Source of the DNA: Acidobacteria bacterium Ga0074141
Lineage (GTDB): Bacteria; Acidobacteriota; Blastocatellia; Pyrinomonadales; Pyrinomonadaceae
Assembly: GCA_001464665.1 (NCBI GenBank)
Contig: LNDP01000023.1
Coordinates: 158,157 to 222,156, forward strand
Reading direction: 5' to 3'
DNA length: 64,000 bases
Under the pieces are notes generated by a model. The model was not told the origin of the DNA and did no database searches. It saw only the letters and a program-made list of their open reading frames with translations. Below, one piece after another: positions 9,372-17,686 of this stretch. Position numbers and translations under genes: made by a program. Numbering within the stretch: the first letter of the stretch is position 1; every line of letters starts with the position of its first letter.

Positions 9372-9433
9372 AAGCCTGCTCGAAGATTCCGTCACTGGAA
9401 ACCGTACGTGTGTAAATTGCATCTAAATTTCTT

Positions 9434-9889
9434 ATGCGTAAAAGGGTATTTATTTTTCTAATAGCGATCGCCGCATTAGGTGTGAGTGCGTCCGCACAGC
9501 GCAATGTTACACCTGCAATTGACCGTGACCCGCTGCTTGAGGCGGATGCTCTCCATAACCTTGATGTCGCCTGGCAGGCGTTTGGCCCGGCCCGCAAGGC
9601 TTATAAGCAGGTGCTCGGGCGGTTTGAAGAGACCTATGCCGCGTATCCTGAATTCTCTAAGATCGACGAGTTTCTCTACCTCGCCGGGATGAGCAGCTAT
9701 TACCTCTCAAAGAATGAAGGCAAGCAGAAGGTGAACCTTAAGATAGAACGCGAACGCGAAAAATACGACCCGCAGAAGCTTCGCGAAGATGCCGCTGCAT
9801 ACCTAGCGATGATGCTCGAGCGGAACCCTGAAAGTAAATATCGGGAAAACGCCGAGAAAGTGATCAAAGAGCTAAAGCCTGCTGAGTAA
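9434..9889 (+). CDS. hypothetical secreted helical (TPR/BamD-like) protein
   Basis: 151 aa with a signal peptide (FIFLIAIAALGVSASAQ). The composition is helical with a charged C-terminus. Only weak resemblance to BamD/YfiO-like lipoproteins. Confidence 0.55.
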   Translation: MRKRVFIFLIAIAALGVSASAQRNVTPAIDRDPLLEADALHNLDVAWQAFGPARKAYKQVLGRFEETYAAYPEFSKIDEFLYLAGMSSYYLSKNEGKQKVNLKIEREREKYDPQKLREDAAAYLAMMLERNPESKYRENAEKVIKELKPAE

Positions 9890-9910
9890 ATTAACGATCT
9901 TTGTTTCAAC

Positions 9911-9947
9911 GAACTGACCGCCCGCTAACGCAGGCGGTTCTGACTTT
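9911..9947 (-). repeat. REP-like hairpin repeat, type A
   Basis: GAACTGACCGCCCGCTAACGCAGGCGGTTCTGACTTT is the reverse complement of the 6230 copy. It lies between convergent genes. Confidence 0.85.
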
Positions 9948-9948
9948 C

Positions 9949-9975
9949 GAACTGGCCGCCCGCTAACGCAGGCGG
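9949..9975 (-). repeat. REP-like hairpin repeat, type A, truncated
   Basis: GAACTGGCCGCCCGCTAACGCAGGCGG. It is in tandem with the previous unit and lacks the TTCTGAC flank. Confidence 0.8.
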
Positions 9976-10013
9976 CATTCTTATTTTTCGGAGGCGCGAA
10001 AATTCGCCGCGGC

Positions 10014-10493
10014 TTAGATACCGTTGATAAATTTCTGCCCGCCGGCTAGGAAATCCTTAAGGTCATCATCAAGCCCGCTTCCGTGTGCCGAAGGCATCAA
10101 TGTTCCGACGATCCGTTCAAACTTGCTGCCAATCTCTGTCAGTGGCCGTGCGTAGATATTGGCGGGCGATGGGAGTTTACCGATAACGGTCCCAAAAGAC
10201 TGCAACAACTGCCCGTATGCCTTCGCTGCCATTTCCGGGTCTTTCGCGGTCTTCATATTGTTCAGCACCGTAAGGGCGACATAGGCTTTTTCCATGTCCT
10301 CATAGAAGACCGTGCATTCATTCAAGCTTTTGACACCCTTCGACGCAGCCTGGATCTTCTCTTTCACTCGGTTTGGCAACAGGTTGCAGATACCAAACTC
10401 ATAATTCTGGTATTTTTCGACCAATTGAGCCGCCTGATGCAATGTTTCTATCAAACTTGCTTTTGTAACTTTCTTGCTCCACCACCATGCCAT
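10014..10493 (-). CDS. hypothetical protein (orphan, bracketed by hairpin repeats)
   Basis: 159-aa ORF with a protein-like helical composition. The opposite-strand ORF 10083..10718 is Cys/Arg-rich and partly a translation of repeats. No recognisable motif. Confidence 0.5.
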   Translation of the reverse strand: MAWWWSKKVTKASLIETLHQAAQLVEKYQNYEFGICNLLPNRVKEKIQAASKGVKSLNECTVFYEDMEKAYVALTVLNNMKTAKDPEMAAKAYGQLLQSFGTVIGKLPSPANIYARPLTEIGSKFERIVGTLMPSAHGSGLDDDLKDFLAGGQKFINGI

Positions 10494-10602
10494 AACCTGC
10501 TTTCTCCTATTCCTTCTATAAATTTTGGGCGATTTGATTCCTTCCTACTAAATAATGCGGAGAAAGAAGAAAAAAGAGACAAAATTTATAAGAGTCGCAA
10601 AT

Positions 10603-10643
10603 GTCGGAACCCTCTGCGTAAGCGGAGGGTCAAATTGTTTACC
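10603..10643 (+). repeat. REP-like hairpin repeat, type B
   Basis: GTCGGAACCCTCTGCGTAAGCGGAGGGTCAAATTGTTTACC. It has the stem CCCTCTGC/GCGGAGGG and a GTAA loop. Confidence 0.85.
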
Positions 10644-10753
10644 AATTGCACGACCGATTGTTTAAGACAATGTGAACTCCACGCAACTGTCCGCTTAATC
10701 GCATGGGCATTGTCTTAATCCGTTACATATGGCCGGCGAGCCTGTGGGCTAAC

Positions 10754-10790
10754 AAACTGGCCGCCCGCTAACGCAGGCGGTTCTGACTTT
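10754..10790 (-). repeat. REP-like hairpin repeat, type A
   Basis: AAACTGGCCGCCCGCTAACGCAGGCGGTTCTGACTTT. Confidence 0.85.
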
Positions 10791-10799
10791 CGGGCTCGT

Positions 10800-10840
10800 G
10801 TCAGAACCCTCTGCGTAAGCGGAGGGTCAGTTCGTTTACC
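10800..10840 (+). repeat. REP-like hairpin repeat, type B
   Basis: GTCAGAACCCTCTGCGTAAGCGGAGGGTCAGTTCGTTTACC. It matches the 10603 copy at 37 of 41 positions. Confidence 0.85.
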
Positions 10841-10879
10841 AAGTGGCTGCCGGAAAACCCAAGCAGTTCTGCCTCCGGC

Positions 10880-10916
10880 GAACTGGCCGCCTGCTAACGC
10901 AGGCGGTTCTGACTTT
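10880..10916 (-). repeat. REP-like hairpin repeat, type A (perfect stem)
   Basis: GAACTGGCCGCCTGCTAACGCAGGCGGTTCTGACTTT. Here the stem CCGCCTGC/GCAGGCGG is fully Watson-Crick. Confidence 0.85.
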
Positions 10917-10995
10917 CTGGAATCGCAAAAAAGCTCCCTGCGGTGTAAAATCTGTAGCATTAAGTAGCCAGAGGCGAGCGAGTTGAGACTTCAGC

Positions 10996-11022
10996 TGGAT
11001 TCTGACTTCTGGCTTCTGAATT
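10996..11022 (-). repeat. possible degenerate flank remnants of the type A repeat
   Basis: GATTCTGACTTCTGGCTTCTGAATTCT resembles the GTTCTGACTTTCTGG flank seen at 10907..10920. No hairpin core is present. Confidence 0.3.
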
Positions 11023-11032
11023 CTAAAATCAT

Positions 11033-11968
11033 ATGTCACTAACAGTAGTTGGATCGGTCGCTTTTGACGCGCTTGAGACGCCGTTCGGCAAGCGCGATAA
11101 GGTTTTGGGCGGTGCGGCGACGCACTTTGGACTCTCGGCGAGCTTTTTCACTGAGGTGAATGCCGTCGGTGTGGTCGGCGGTGATTTCGGCGATGCCGAG
11201 TGGGACGTTTTCAAACGTCATCATATCAACACCGATGATATCGAGGTCGTGCCGGACGGCAAGACGTTCTTCTGGAGCGGCCGCTACGATTACGACATGA
11301 ACACGGCCCATACGCTCGACACGCAGCTCAACGTCTTTGAAACATTCGACCCAAAGCTTTCCGACAATTCGAAGGGCTCGAAACTGCTCTTCCTCGCCAA
11401 CATCCTTCCGATGCTGCAGAAAGGCGTTCGCGAGCAGTGTCCGGATGCGAAGTTCGTGGCAATGGACACGATGAACTTCTGGATCTCGTCGATGAAGGAC
11501 GCGGTGATAGAGACCATCAAGGTCGTTGACTGCATCATCATCAACGACGCCGAGGCTCGCCAACTTACCGACGAACCGAGCATCTACAAGGCTGCACGTA
11601 AGATCATGGATCTCGGCCTTCGTGCAGTCGTAATCAAACGCGGCGAATATGGAGCGACGCTTTTTACCAGGGACGGTTACTTTGCCGCTCCGGCCTACCC
11701 GCTCGAGAGTGTTTTTGACCCGACCGGTGCGGGCGATACGTTCGCCGGCGGTTTCATGGGCTATCTCGCCGCCCAGAATGAGATCACCGACGACGCAATG
11801 CGGCGGGCGATGATCTACGGCTCTGTAATGGCGTCGTTCAACGTTGAAAAGTTCGGTACCGAGCGGGTCGATGCTCTCGATTATCCTGAGATCAACCAGC
11901 GGTTTGCCGACTTTAAGCGAATGACACATTTCGACGACATTCCGTTCGAGCGGGCGACCGCCGCCTAA
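11033..11968 (+). CDS. PfkB-family carbohydrate/nucleoside kinase
   Basis: N-terminal GS.A.D di-Gly region and the C-terminal DPTGAGDTFAGGF anion-hole motif of the ribokinase/PfkB family. Confidence 0.85.
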   Translation: MSLTVVGSVAFDALETPFGKRDKVLGGAATHFGLSASFFTEVNAVGVVGGDFGDAEWDVFKRHHINTDDIEVVPDGKTFFWSGRYDYDMNTAHTLDTQLNVFETFDPKLSDNSKGSKLLFLANILPMLQKGVREQCPDAKFVAMDTMNFWISSMKDAVIETIKVVDCIIINDAEARQLTDEPSIYKAARKIMDLGLRAVVIKRGEYGATLFTRDGYFAAPAYPLESVFDPTGAGDTFAGGFMGYLAAQNEITDDAMRRAMIYGSVMASFNVEKFGTERVDALDYPEINQRFADFKRMTHFDDIPFERATAA

Positions 11969-11974
11969 TGCTGA

Positions 11975-12736
11975 ATGGCAAAGCAATTCGATAATTCGAT
12001 CACGACCTTTTCGCGCCCGGCCGGAAACACGACTCTGCTGATCGGCGGCAGCGTTATCGGCGTATTGCTGGCCGCGTCGATCGTTCTGTCGGTCATTTAC
12101 GCGATCTGGCCGCTGGCCATTCTTCTCGGCCTCGGACTCGTCGGGTTCGCGGCCTTCTTTTGGATCGCATTTGACCAATCACGAGTTCTCGCCGCCTGGC
12201 GTTCGGGCACTCGCGTTGATTGGGACTCGACCGGCCCTGAGATCCAGCGGCAGAGCCTCGGCATTGAGGTGACCGAACTCGCCGGAATTCTCGAGGTCGA
12301 ACCTGAGAGCATCAGCGACCTGCAATCGGCTTACATCGTCGCCGAAGATCTCGCACTTCGTCAGATGCAGCAGGAAGAGGGCATTCCGCTGCTCCGCCAC
12401 GTGAGCGTACACGGCGTGCCTTTTGATGCTGCGTTCGTCAGCGATAAGCGGCTCGTTTGCTGCGAGGTCGCGTTTCTCGTAACGCCGGAGCTTCGGCAGG
12501 ATCGTCGCGAGGCCATTATGCGAAAGGCCGGGCTCGTCCGGCGAGCACTCGAAACGCGAAACTCGCCGCTTGATGTCCGCTTGATGCTCGTACTTGTTAC
12601 GCAGCTAACTGCCGAGGACGAGCGGCACCTGCGAAGCACGATCGGAAGCGCCGCCTTTCGCGGAACCCCGGTCAATATTGAGGTAAGATTCGTCGATTTC
12701 GAGGCACTTCAGCGAATTTACGTAACGGAACAATGA
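11975..12736 (+). CDS. membrane-anchored protein of unknown function
   Basis: 253 aa with two N-terminal TM helices and a soluble C-terminal domain of about 170 aa. The stop overlaps the fabI start (ATGA). Confidence 0.6.
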   Translation: MAKQFDNSITTFSRPAGNTTLLIGGSVIGVLLAASIVLSVIYAIWPLAILLGLGLVGFAAFFWIAFDQSRVLAAWRSGTRVDWDSTGPEIQRQSLGIEVTELAGILEVEPESISDLQSAYIVAEDLALRQMQQEEGIPLLRHVSVHGVPFDAAFVSDKRLVCCEVAFLVTPELRQDRREAIMRKAGLVRRALETRNSPLDVRLMLVLVTQLTAEDERHLRSTIGSAAFRGTPVNIEVRFVDFEALQRIYVTEQ

Positions 12737-13500
12737 ACTTATTGGAAAACAAGGTCGGGTTGATTCTCGGCGTCGCAAACAAACGTTCGATCGCCTGGGC
12801 CTGTGCCGATGCCTGCAGCCGCAATGGCGCCCGGCAGGCGTTCTCATATCAGGGCGAGCGGCTTAAGGAAAATGTCGAAAAGCTCGCCGGCGATCTGCCG
12901 GATTCGCTCATCCTGCCGATGGATGTTACGAACCAAGCCGAGGTCGATGCGGCATTCGAGGCGATCGGAAGCAAATTCGGCAAGCTCGATTACATCATTC
13001 ACTCGATCGCATTCGCTCCTCGCGAGGCACTTGAGGGCGATTACGTCGCGACCACGCGGGACGCGTTTCGGACCGCTCTTGAGATCAGCGCCTTCTCGCT
13101 AAACCAGGTGGCATTTGCTGCCGCTCCACTGATGAAGGAAGGCGGCAGTATCGTAACGATGAGCTACTACGGCGCCGAAAAGGTCGTGCGAAATTACAAC
13201 GTAATGGGCGTCGCGAAGGCTGCCCTTGAAGCCTCGGTACGCTACCTCGCCGCCGATCTTGGCAGGCAAGGCATCCGAGTGAATGCCATCTCGGCCGGGC
13301 CACTAAACACGCTTTCCGCCCGCGGAGTTAAGAACATGGGCTCGATGCTTTCGTATGTCGCCGAAAAAGCTCCGTTGCAACGAAACGTAGAGGCAGCCGA
13401 GGTCGGCAACACGGCATTATTTTTGGTGAGCGACCTAGCATCCGGCATAACCGGCGAAACAATTTACGTTGATTGCGGATATAACATTATGGGACTTTAG
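12733..13500 (+). CDS. fabI: enoyl-[acyl-carrier-protein] reductase (NADH) FabI
   Basis: GVANKRSIAW, SYYGAEKVVRNYNVMGVAKAALE (Y-x6-K) and the GETIYVDCGYNIMG C-terminus. Confidence 0.92.
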   Translation: MNLLENKVGLILGVANKRSIAWACADACSRNGARQAFSYQGERLKENVEKLAGDLPDSLILPMDVTNQAEVDAAFEAIGSKFGKLDYIIHSIAFAPREALEGDYVATTRDAFRTALEISAFSLNQVAFAAAPLMKEGGSIVTMSYYGAEKVVRNYNVMGVAKAALEASVRYLAADLGRQGIRVNAISAGPLNTLSARGVKNMGSMLSYVAEKAPLQRNVEAAEVGNTALFLVSDLASGITGETIYVDCGYNIMGL

Positions 13501-13577
13501 GCAGTCGAGGAAGTCGTGGAAGTCTAGGCAGTCTGGGATGTCTGGAATGTCGGGGAGTCTTATTGGCTCAAGAAGTC
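13498..13577. repeat. left array of 9-nt units ending in GTC (complement of GACTTCCTA)
   Basis: The units are TAGGCAGTC GAGGAAGTC GTGGAAGTC TAGGCAGTC TGGGATGTC TGGAATGTC GGGGAGTC ... AAGAAGTC. The array starts at the fabI stop codon. Confidence 0.85.
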
Positions 13578-13614
13578 TTTGGTGCCTCGGTAGTGAACTT
13601 GATTTGTCATTCAC

Positions 13615-13714
13615 GACCTCCAAGACATCCTAGACTGACAAGACTTCCTAGACTAAAAAGGACTTCCTAGACTTCCTCGACATCCAAGACTTCTTAGACT
13701 TCCAAGACTGAATT
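13615..13714. repeat. right array of eleven 9-nt units GACWTCCWA
   Basis: The units are GACCTCCAA GACATCCTA GACTGACAA GACTTCCTA GACTAAAAAG GACTTCCTA GACTTCCTC GACATCCAA GACTTCTTA GACTTCCAA GACTGAATT. The array ends at the ATG of the LOG gene. Confidence 0.85.
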
Positions 13715-14521
13715 ATGGCTGAAACTGACGCTAACAAACCGACGAAGATCAAAGACCTGCACAAGCCGCCTGAGCCGGCAACGGTTGCTGAGGCAAAGAA
13801 GCGCGAGAAGGAGCCCGGCTATTGGCAGTTGACCGACGATGAGGTGCTGCTTCGCTCACCGGACCCGGAGGACAGTTACAAGACGTCAGATTCGTGGCGT
13901 GTCTTTCGCATTCTTGGCGAATTTGTTGATGGATTTGACAATCTTTCGACGATAACACGCGGCGTCTCGATCTTTGGTTCCGCCCGTACCCCAGAGGACG
14001 ACCCGATGTACATCGCTGCCCGCGAGACGGCGAAACTGCTCGCCGAACGGGGCTTTGAGATAATTACCGGCGGCGGGCCCGGCATAATGGAAGCCGGCAA
14101 TCGCGGAGCTTTTGAAGCCGGCGGAGTGTCTGTTGGCTGCAATATCGAACTCCCGTTCGAGCAATCAGGCAATCCGTACCAGACGAAATCGCTTTCCTTC
14201 AAGTACTTCATGGTCCGAAAGACGATGTTCATCAAGTATAGCAATGCCTATATGATCTTCCCGGGCGGTTTCGGCACATTGGATGAATTGTTCGAAGCGC
14301 TGACGCTGATACAGACGCGAAAGATCCGCAACTTCCCGGTCGTGCTTTTCGGGTCGCAGTATTGGCAGGGAATGCTTCAGTGGATCACTTCGATGATGCT
14401 TAATGAGCGGAACATCAGCCCCGAGGATCTAAACCTGATCTACCTCACTGATTCACCCCAGGACGCCGTCGATTTTATCGTCAAAACCTGCGGCGATGTT
14501 GAAAAGAAGCACAAGCTATAA
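13715..14521 (+). CDS. LOG family (TIGR00730) nucleotide phosphoribohydrolase
   Basis: GGGPGIMEA and PGGFGTLDELFE signature motifs. No Shine-Dalgarno is visible, and the repeat array abuts the ATG. Confidence 0.88.
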   Translation: MAETDANKPTKIKDLHKPPEPATVAEAKKREKEPGYWQLTDDEVLLRSPDPEDSYKTSDSWRVFRILGEFVDGFDNLSTITRGVSIFGSARTPEDDPMYIAARETAKLLAERGFEIITGGGPGIMEAGNRGAFEAGGVSVGCNIELPFEQSGNPYQTKSLSFKYFMVRKTMFIKYSNAYMIFPGGFGTLDELFEALTLIQTRKIRNFPVVLFGSQYWQGMLQWITSMMLNERNISPEDLNLIYLTDSPQDAVDFIVKTCGDVEKKHKL

Positions 14522-14875
14522 GCCGACCGAATCCTTCACCCAGCTAAGATATCCAGCCGATACGTAGCTCGCCGGAACAGCGACGATCTCCGGCTCGTCG
14601 TAGCTGTGGTTTGCTTTCAAATACGCCTCTACAGCAGTGAACTTCTCCGCCATTGTCTTTATCACCAGAAGATGTTCCCCATCCACGTGCAACTCGCCTT
14701 TCCAGCGATAGACCGACGTCATTCGCGGCAGAAGCTGAACGCAGGCGGCAATATTGCCCTCAACAAGGCCTTTGGCAAGACGCATCCCCTCGTCCTCATC
14801 TGAAACCGTTGTCATCACAACTATCATGAGGCTGATTATATCTGATTCCATTCCGGGCCGTGTTCTGCCTTTCAA
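14516..14875 (-). CDS. cutA: divalent-cation tolerance protein CutA
   Basis: AACVQLLPRMTSVYRWKGE...HSYDEPEI is a CutA1 signature. Size is 119 aa. It is convergent with the LOG gene and overlaps it by 6 nt. Confidence 0.85.
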   Translation of the reverse strand: MKGRTRPGMESDIISLMIVVMTTVSDEDEGMRLAKGLVEGNIAACVQLLPRMTSVYRWKGELHVDGEHLLVIKTMAEKFTAVEAYLKANHSYDEPEIVAVPASYVSAGYLSWVKDSVGL

Positions 14876-14881
14876 GCCACG

Positions 14882-14912
14882 AAAAAAGGCCGCCCGGAGT
14901 TCCCGAGCGGCC
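14882..14912 (-). terminator. rho-independent terminator of gyrA
   Basis: On the minus strand there is a GGGCCGCTCGGG...CCGGGCGGCC stem followed by TTTTTT (the A-run 14882..14887 on plus). Confidence 0.7.
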
Positions 14913-14935
14913 CGTCTTTTATTAACGACGAAGAA

Positions 14936-17473
14936 CTATTCTTCGTCCTCTTCCGCAGCCAGGAGTGTCGCGGATGTGACGCAGTCGCCGTCGTCGCAGC
15001 GGATAAGCATCACGCCCTGAGCCGAGCGGCCCGTTTCGCGGATCTTATCCACCCCAAGCCTGATCAGCTTTGCCTGCTGCGTGATTATCATTATCTCGGA
15101 GTCATCCTCGACCGGAAACGCCGAGATGACCTTGCCGGTCTTTTCGGTCGTTTTCATATTGATGACGCCGATGCCGCCACGCTTCGTCAGCCGATAGTTT
15201 GCGACCTGCGTTTGCTTTCCGAATCCGTTCTCCGAAACCGAAAGGATCTTTTGATCACCTTCGGGAGAAACGGCGCAAACCGAAACAACATAGTCGCCGT
15301 CGCGAAGGTTAACACCGCGTACGCCGCGGGCCACGCGACCCATCGGCCGGACGTCCGTTTCATTAAAACGAACCGCCATTCCGTTGTGCGTCGCGATGAA
15401 GATCTGCTGTTTTCCATCCGTCCGGATGACATTGAGCAGTTCATCGCCTTCGTCGATATTGATGGCGTTAATGCCCGTGACCCGAATGTTCTGATAATCC
15501 GAAAGCAATGTCTTTTTGATCACACCGTTTCGCGTCACCATCGTCAGGTAAACTTCCTCGGTAAAATCGCGAACCGGCATCACCGCGACAAGCTTTCGCT
15601 CCATCGAGATCTGAACAAGGTTGACGACCGCCTTTCCGCGAGCCGCCGCTGCCGCCTCGGGGATCTCGTGGACCTTGATCTTATAGACCTGGCCGTCCTC
15701 GGTGAAGATCATCAGGTAGTCGTGGGTCGAGGCCGTAAAAATGTGCTCAACGAAATCTTCGTTCTTCGCCGTCGCACCGAGCCTTCCCTTTCCTCCGCGG
15801 CCCTGCCGTGTGTAGGTCGAGACCGCCGTCCGCTTGATGTAGCCGGCCTTTGTCACCGTTATGGCAACCTCTTCGTCGGGTATCAGATCCTCGATCTTGA
15901 ACTCAACGCCAGCATCAACGATCTGCGTCCGCCTAGCGTCACCGAACAGCCTCCTGACCTCGAGCAGTTCATCGATGATCACCTGCTTGAGCACGCTGTC
16001 GTTCTCAAGGATATTCTCGAGTTCAGCGATCAGTTTGATTATCGACTCGTATTCGTCAAGGATCTTCTGCCGTTCAAGGGCTGAAAGCCTGCGAAGCTGC
16101 AGGTCAAGGATCGCCTGTGCCTGAATATCGGTAAACGCAAGACCGTTGATGATCTTCCGGAGTTCTTTCTTGAACTCCTCTTCACCTTTGCCGCCCGCGA
16201 TACCTCGCCATTTCTTGACCTCTTCAAGCGTCTCAAAATTGGCGGTCATCCACTTCTTGGCCTCATCGACCGACCGCGAATTGCGGATCAGCGGAATGAT
16301 GTAGTCAAGAGCGTCGATCGCCTTATTGAGGCCTTCCAAAATATGCGCCCGGGCCTGTGCCTTGCGAAGTTCGAACTGCGTGCGTCGCGTTACCACCTCG
16401 CGGCGGAAGGCGACGAAGCACTCGAGCATCTCCTTGAGAGTAAGTACCTTCGGCTGCCCGTCGACGATCGCAATACTAATGATGCCGAACGAGGACTGGA
16501 GCGGTGTCAGCTTATAAAGCTTGTTTAGGATCACCTGCGGGATCGCATCGCGTTTCAGCTCGATAACGATCCGCATTCCTTCGCGGTTCGATTCGTCCCG
16601 GACCTCAGAGGCTCCCTCGAGCCTTTTCTCGTTCATCAGCTCGGCGATCTTTTCAATAAGCCTCGCTTTGTTGACCTGATACGGTATCTCCGTGATAACG
16701 ATCGCGTCGCGTTCACCGCGGCCGATCTGATCGATCGCCGCCTTGGCACGCATCTGAATAACGCCGCGGCCCTCGCGATAAGCCTTGTGGATCTCCTCGC
16801 GGCCGTAGATAAACCCGGCGGTCGGAAAGTCGGGGCCGGGAACGATCTTGATAAGCTCGTCAACCGTCACTGTCGGATTTTTGATGACCGTGATCGTAGC
16901 ATCGAGAATCTCGGTGAGGTTGTGCGGCGGGATCTTCGTGGCCATACCGACCGCAATTCCCTCCGATCCATTCACCAGCAAAAGCGGTATCTTTGTCGGC
17001 AGAACTGACGGCTCGGAGAGCGTATCGTCGTAATTCGGGTGAAAATCGACCGTTTCCTTTTCGATATCGGCAAGCACATCGTCGCTCAGCTTTTGGAGCC
17101 GGACCTCGGTGTAACGCATTGCCGCCGGGTTGTCGCCGTCGATCGAGCCAAAATTGCCCTGGCCATCGACGAGCGGATAACGCATCGAGAAGTCCTGGGC
17201 CATTCGGACGATCGAGTCGTAGATCGCCGAGTCGCCGTGCGGGTGATATTTACCCATCACGTCACCAACGGCACGTGCGGATTTCCTGTATTGCTTGCTG
17301 GACGTGTTGCCGGCCTCGTACATTCCGTAAAGAATGCGGCGGTGAACCGGTTTAAGGCCATCGCGGACGTCCGGGAGAGCACGTCCGATGATGACGGACA
17401 TTGCATAATCGAGATACGACCGGCGCATCTCATCGTCAATATTTATTTGTTCGCGTTCGAGTAATGAGTCCAT
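14936..17473 (-). CDS. gyrA: DNA gyrase subunit A
   Basis: [16 protein letters not shown], the QRDR segment [13 protein letters not shown], a C-terminal beta-pinwheel with repeated GIGVI/GVRGV motifs, and an acidic tail. Confidence 0.97.
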   Translation of the reverse strand: MDSLLEREQINIDDEMRRSYLDYAMSVIIGRALPDVRDGLKPVHRRILYGMYEAGNTSSKQYRKSARAVGDVMGKYHPHGDSAIYDSIVRMAQDFSMRYPLVDGQGNFGSIDGDNPAAMRYTEVRLQKLSDDVLADIEKETVDFHPNYDDTLSEPSVLPTKIPLLLVNGSEGIAVGMATKIPPHNLTEILDATITVIKNPTVTVDELIKIVPGPDFPTAGFIYGREEIHKAYREGRGVIQMRAKAAIDQIGRGERDAIVITEIPYQVNKARLIEKIAELMNEKRLEGASEVRDESNREGMRIVIELKRDAIPQVILNKLYKLTPLQSSFGIISIAIVDGQPKVLTLKEMLECFVAFRREVVTRRTQFELRKAQARAHILEGLNKAIDALDYIIPLIRNSRSVDEAKKWMTANFETLEEVKKWRGIAGGKGEEEFKKELRKIINGLAFTDIQAQAILDLQLRRLSALERQKILDEYESIIKLIAELENILENDSVLKQVIIDELLEVRRLFGDARRTQIVDAGVEFKIEDLIPDEEVAITVTKAGYIKRTAVSTYTRQGRGGKGRLGATAKNEDFVEHIFTASTHDYLMIFTEDGQVYKIKVHEIPEAAAAARGKAVVNLVQISMERKLVAVMPVRDFTEEVYLTMVTRNGVIKKTLLSDYQNIRVTGINAINIDEGDELLNVIRTDGKQQIFIATHNGMAVRFNETDVRPMGRVARGVRGVNLRDGDYVVSVCAVSPEGDQKILSVSENGFGKQTQVANYRLTKRGGIGVINMKTTEKTGKVISAFPVEDDSEIMIITQQAKLIRLGVDKIRETGRSAQGVMLIRCDDGDCVTSATLLAAEEDEE

Positions 17474-17686
17474 TTGATAGGGTTCAGGCGATTATTTTGC
17501 TAAACATTACAAAACAATGTAAAAAGTGCTGGATTTTTTCACTGCTTGATGCTATCTTTGATTTTACAGGCGGGGAGCCTGAATCGCAATCCACGCCCCG
17601 TCCCATCTCCGGCCCGTCCCGACCTGCGAACACTCCTTGGTTCACGTCCTTCTTTCCCGGAGACCACTGCCTGAAAAACCGTAAAG

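Noticed and set aside
10715-10960. 81-aa minus-strand ORF encoding SEPPALAGGQF twice.
   Set aside because: It is simply a translation through three hairpin repeat units, so the peptide repeat reflects the DNA repeat.
11039-12178. 379-aa minus-strand ORF antisense to the PfkB kinase gene. Similar long antisense ORFs are 39420..40547, 60781..62376, 24521..25729, 30979..32001, 32377..33288, 41947..42777, 44485..45315 and 15212..16084.
   Set aside because: Each lies opposite a gene with unambiguous family motifs. Their translations are Arg/Gly/Asp-rich with no motifs. These are the typical shadow ORFs of GC-rich coding DNA.
13498-13714. Possible CRISPR array or coding tandem repeat.
   Set aside because: The units are only 9 nt, contiguous and without spacers, and the two halves are inverted relative to each other. 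The only ORF across it (13435..13623, minus) is short and overlaps the fabI 3' end. It is reported as a repeat finding instead.
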